DNA of 29,249 bases from a virus (taxonomy: Duplodnaviria > Caudoviricetes), in the IMG/VR virus record IMGVR_UViG_3300049924_000419, positions 1-29,249 of that record; one strand, given 5' to 3'. The notes under the pieces were generated by a model. It was not told the DNA's origin. It worked only from the letters and a program-made list of their open reading frames with translations, and did no database searches. Of this stretch, positions 28,406 to 29,249 are shown in pieces (positions within the stretch are counted from its first letter, which is position 1; each line of letters opens with the position of its first letter). The translations under genes and the position numbers were made by a program.

Positions 28406-28609
28406 CTATAGGGCTGGTTGGTGATGGGCCGGCGGAAGCTGGGCCAGCTCATGCTGGTCGTATGCCCACGGAACATAATACCCATTGTGGAACTCCATTA
28501 GGGCAGCGCTAACGAGCCGCTTCTTGCGGCGCCGAGAGCGCGCCCCCTTTACCGGGATGGTGTGTAGGCGTGCTAGCAGTTCGTGGTATTCGGTAACACG
28601 CAGGCTCAC
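28406..28609 (-). CDS. Hypothetical basic protein
   Basis: GTGA overlap with upstream gene, GGAGGGAG SD; contains RSRRRKKR. Confidence 0.55.
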   Translation of the reverse strand: MSLRVTEYHELLARLHTIPVKGARSRRRKKRLVSAALMEFHNGYYVPWAYDQHELAQLPPAHHQPAL

Positions 28610-28836
28610 CAGCTCCCTCCACCGCCACCACCACCACTGTCACCACCGTCGAAGCCGGTAAAGGTGGTGTCGGGGGTGGTGTCGGCATCCGCGTTGTAGG
28701 TGCTCGGGGCAGTACCCATGCTGAGGAGGTCATCTGTGATGGATGTCTGGCCGAGGGGGCGTGTGGTGCAGGTACAGGAGATAGCGGCGTAAGCTGAGTG
28801 ATAAAGGCGGGTACAGCGGGTGCACTTGTAGGTCAT
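28606..28836 (-). CDS. Small protein with Cys cluster and Gly-rich GGGSW C-terminus
   Basis: GGAATGG SD-like and ATGA overlap; CTRC...SCTC; ends FDGGDSGGGGGGGSW. Confidence 0.65.
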   Translation of the reverse strand: MTYKCTRCTRLYHSAYAAISCTCTTRPLGQTSITDDLLSMGTAPSTYNADADTTPDTTFTGFDGGDSGGGGGGGSW

Positions 28837-29054
28837 AGGATGGGGGCCATTCCGGAGGTGGGCTCTGCGATGGTGACGCCAAGGATGATGGCGCTGGGAT
28901 AGGTCTTCTTGACGCGGTCGAGGGCCTCCCAGAAGCTGCCGGCAACGACCGGCAGCTGGGAGGGGAAGACACTGTTGGACAGGAAGGGGTCTGCTTGGAA
29001 TGTGCTGCTGGCGGCGGGCTGCCGGACCTGGACGTAGTAGAGGGCTTTAGGCAT
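28833..29054 (-). CDS. Hypothetical protein
   Basis: 73-aa ORF coupled by overlaps to both neighbours. Confidence 0.6.
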   Translation of the reverse strand: MPKALYYVQVRQPAASSTFQADPFLSNSVFPSQLPVVAGSFWEALDRVKKTYPSAIILGVTIAEPTSGMAPIL

Positions 29055-29249
29055 GGGGCCATCCGGGCCACTTGCCAGCTTGGCAGAGCTGCAGCATGAG
29101 GATGTAGTTGGCCACGTCGAGGCAGGTGTCGGTCAGCGTTTCGTCTTGGAACTCTGCGCTCTTGGTGTCGCGGTGGGGGTTCGAGAGTGTTTGGTCGAGC
29201 CGAGCCAGCTTGTCGTCGAGGCGGACCAGGATGCCAACGGGGCCGCGTT
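29047..29249 (-). CDS. Partial DUF1599 / nucleotide-modification-associated domain 1 (Nmad1)-like protein, 5' end outside window
   Basis: Manual translation: ...RGPVGILVRLDDKLARLDQ...DETLTDTCLDVANYILML...*; matches the 'GILVRLxDKLxR...E...D...D.ANY' pattern of this MazG-like helical family. Confidence 0.75.
   Translation of the reverse strand, partial: RGPVGILVRLDDKLARLDQTLSNPHRDTKSAEFQDETLTDTCLDVANYILMLQLCQAGKWPGWPHA

Larger units (their letters stand above)
1..29249. mobile_element. Tailed dsDNA bacteriophage (Caudoviricetes, podovirus-like) genome segment: packaging, head, tail, ejection and lysis modules plus a convergent small-gene block
   Basis: Gene order terL-portal-scaffold-capsid-adaptor-nozzle-fibre-ejection proteins-holin-endolysin; almost no intergenic DNA; many start/stop overlaps; no tape measure or sheath recognised; no host housekeeping genes. 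Confidence 0.95.

Noticed and set aside
28255-28485. Alternative - strand ORF containing CACPHC
   Set aside because: Overlaps both the GT2 gene and the 28406-28609 ORF and has no clear SD; cannot be supported.
1-29249. Stop-codon reassignment
   Set aside because: Genes are full length in the standard bacterial code and end in TAA, TGA and TAG with tight coupling.

Overview
The whole window reads as a compact, GC-rich tailed dsDNA phage segment with a podovirus-like (short-tail) layout; no host genes, RNA genes, CRISPR arrays or integrase were seen. The + strand (43-27084) is one tightly coupled morphogenesis and lysis run: two HExxH metalloprotease-motif genes, terminase large subunit, a DEDD/RNase H-like exonuclease, portal, scaffold, major capsid, a GT-B glycosyltransferase, adaptor and nozzle-like tail proteins, a frame-split beta-helix/collagen tail fibre, ejection proteins (one with an SLT domain), holin-like genes, an SleB-type endolysin and a signal-peptide-bearing beta-helix protein. 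The - strand (26996-29249) holds the end of a convergent block of small ORFs, a GT-A glycosyltransferase and a partial DUF1599/Nmad1-like gene. The most notable observations are (i) a three-way-junction structure at the end of terL whose loop is complementary to the next gene's Shine-Dalgarno region, (ii) an exported beta-helix protein rich in FCB-type D-(S/T)-x O-glycosylation sequons, (iii) a possible virion glycosylation module, (iv) a +1 frame break in the tail fibre, (v) a mosaic, effector-like metalloprotease protein next to terL and (vi) a C-rich to G-rich skew gradient along one coding strand. All family calls come from motif recognition and gene order by eye, not from database searches.
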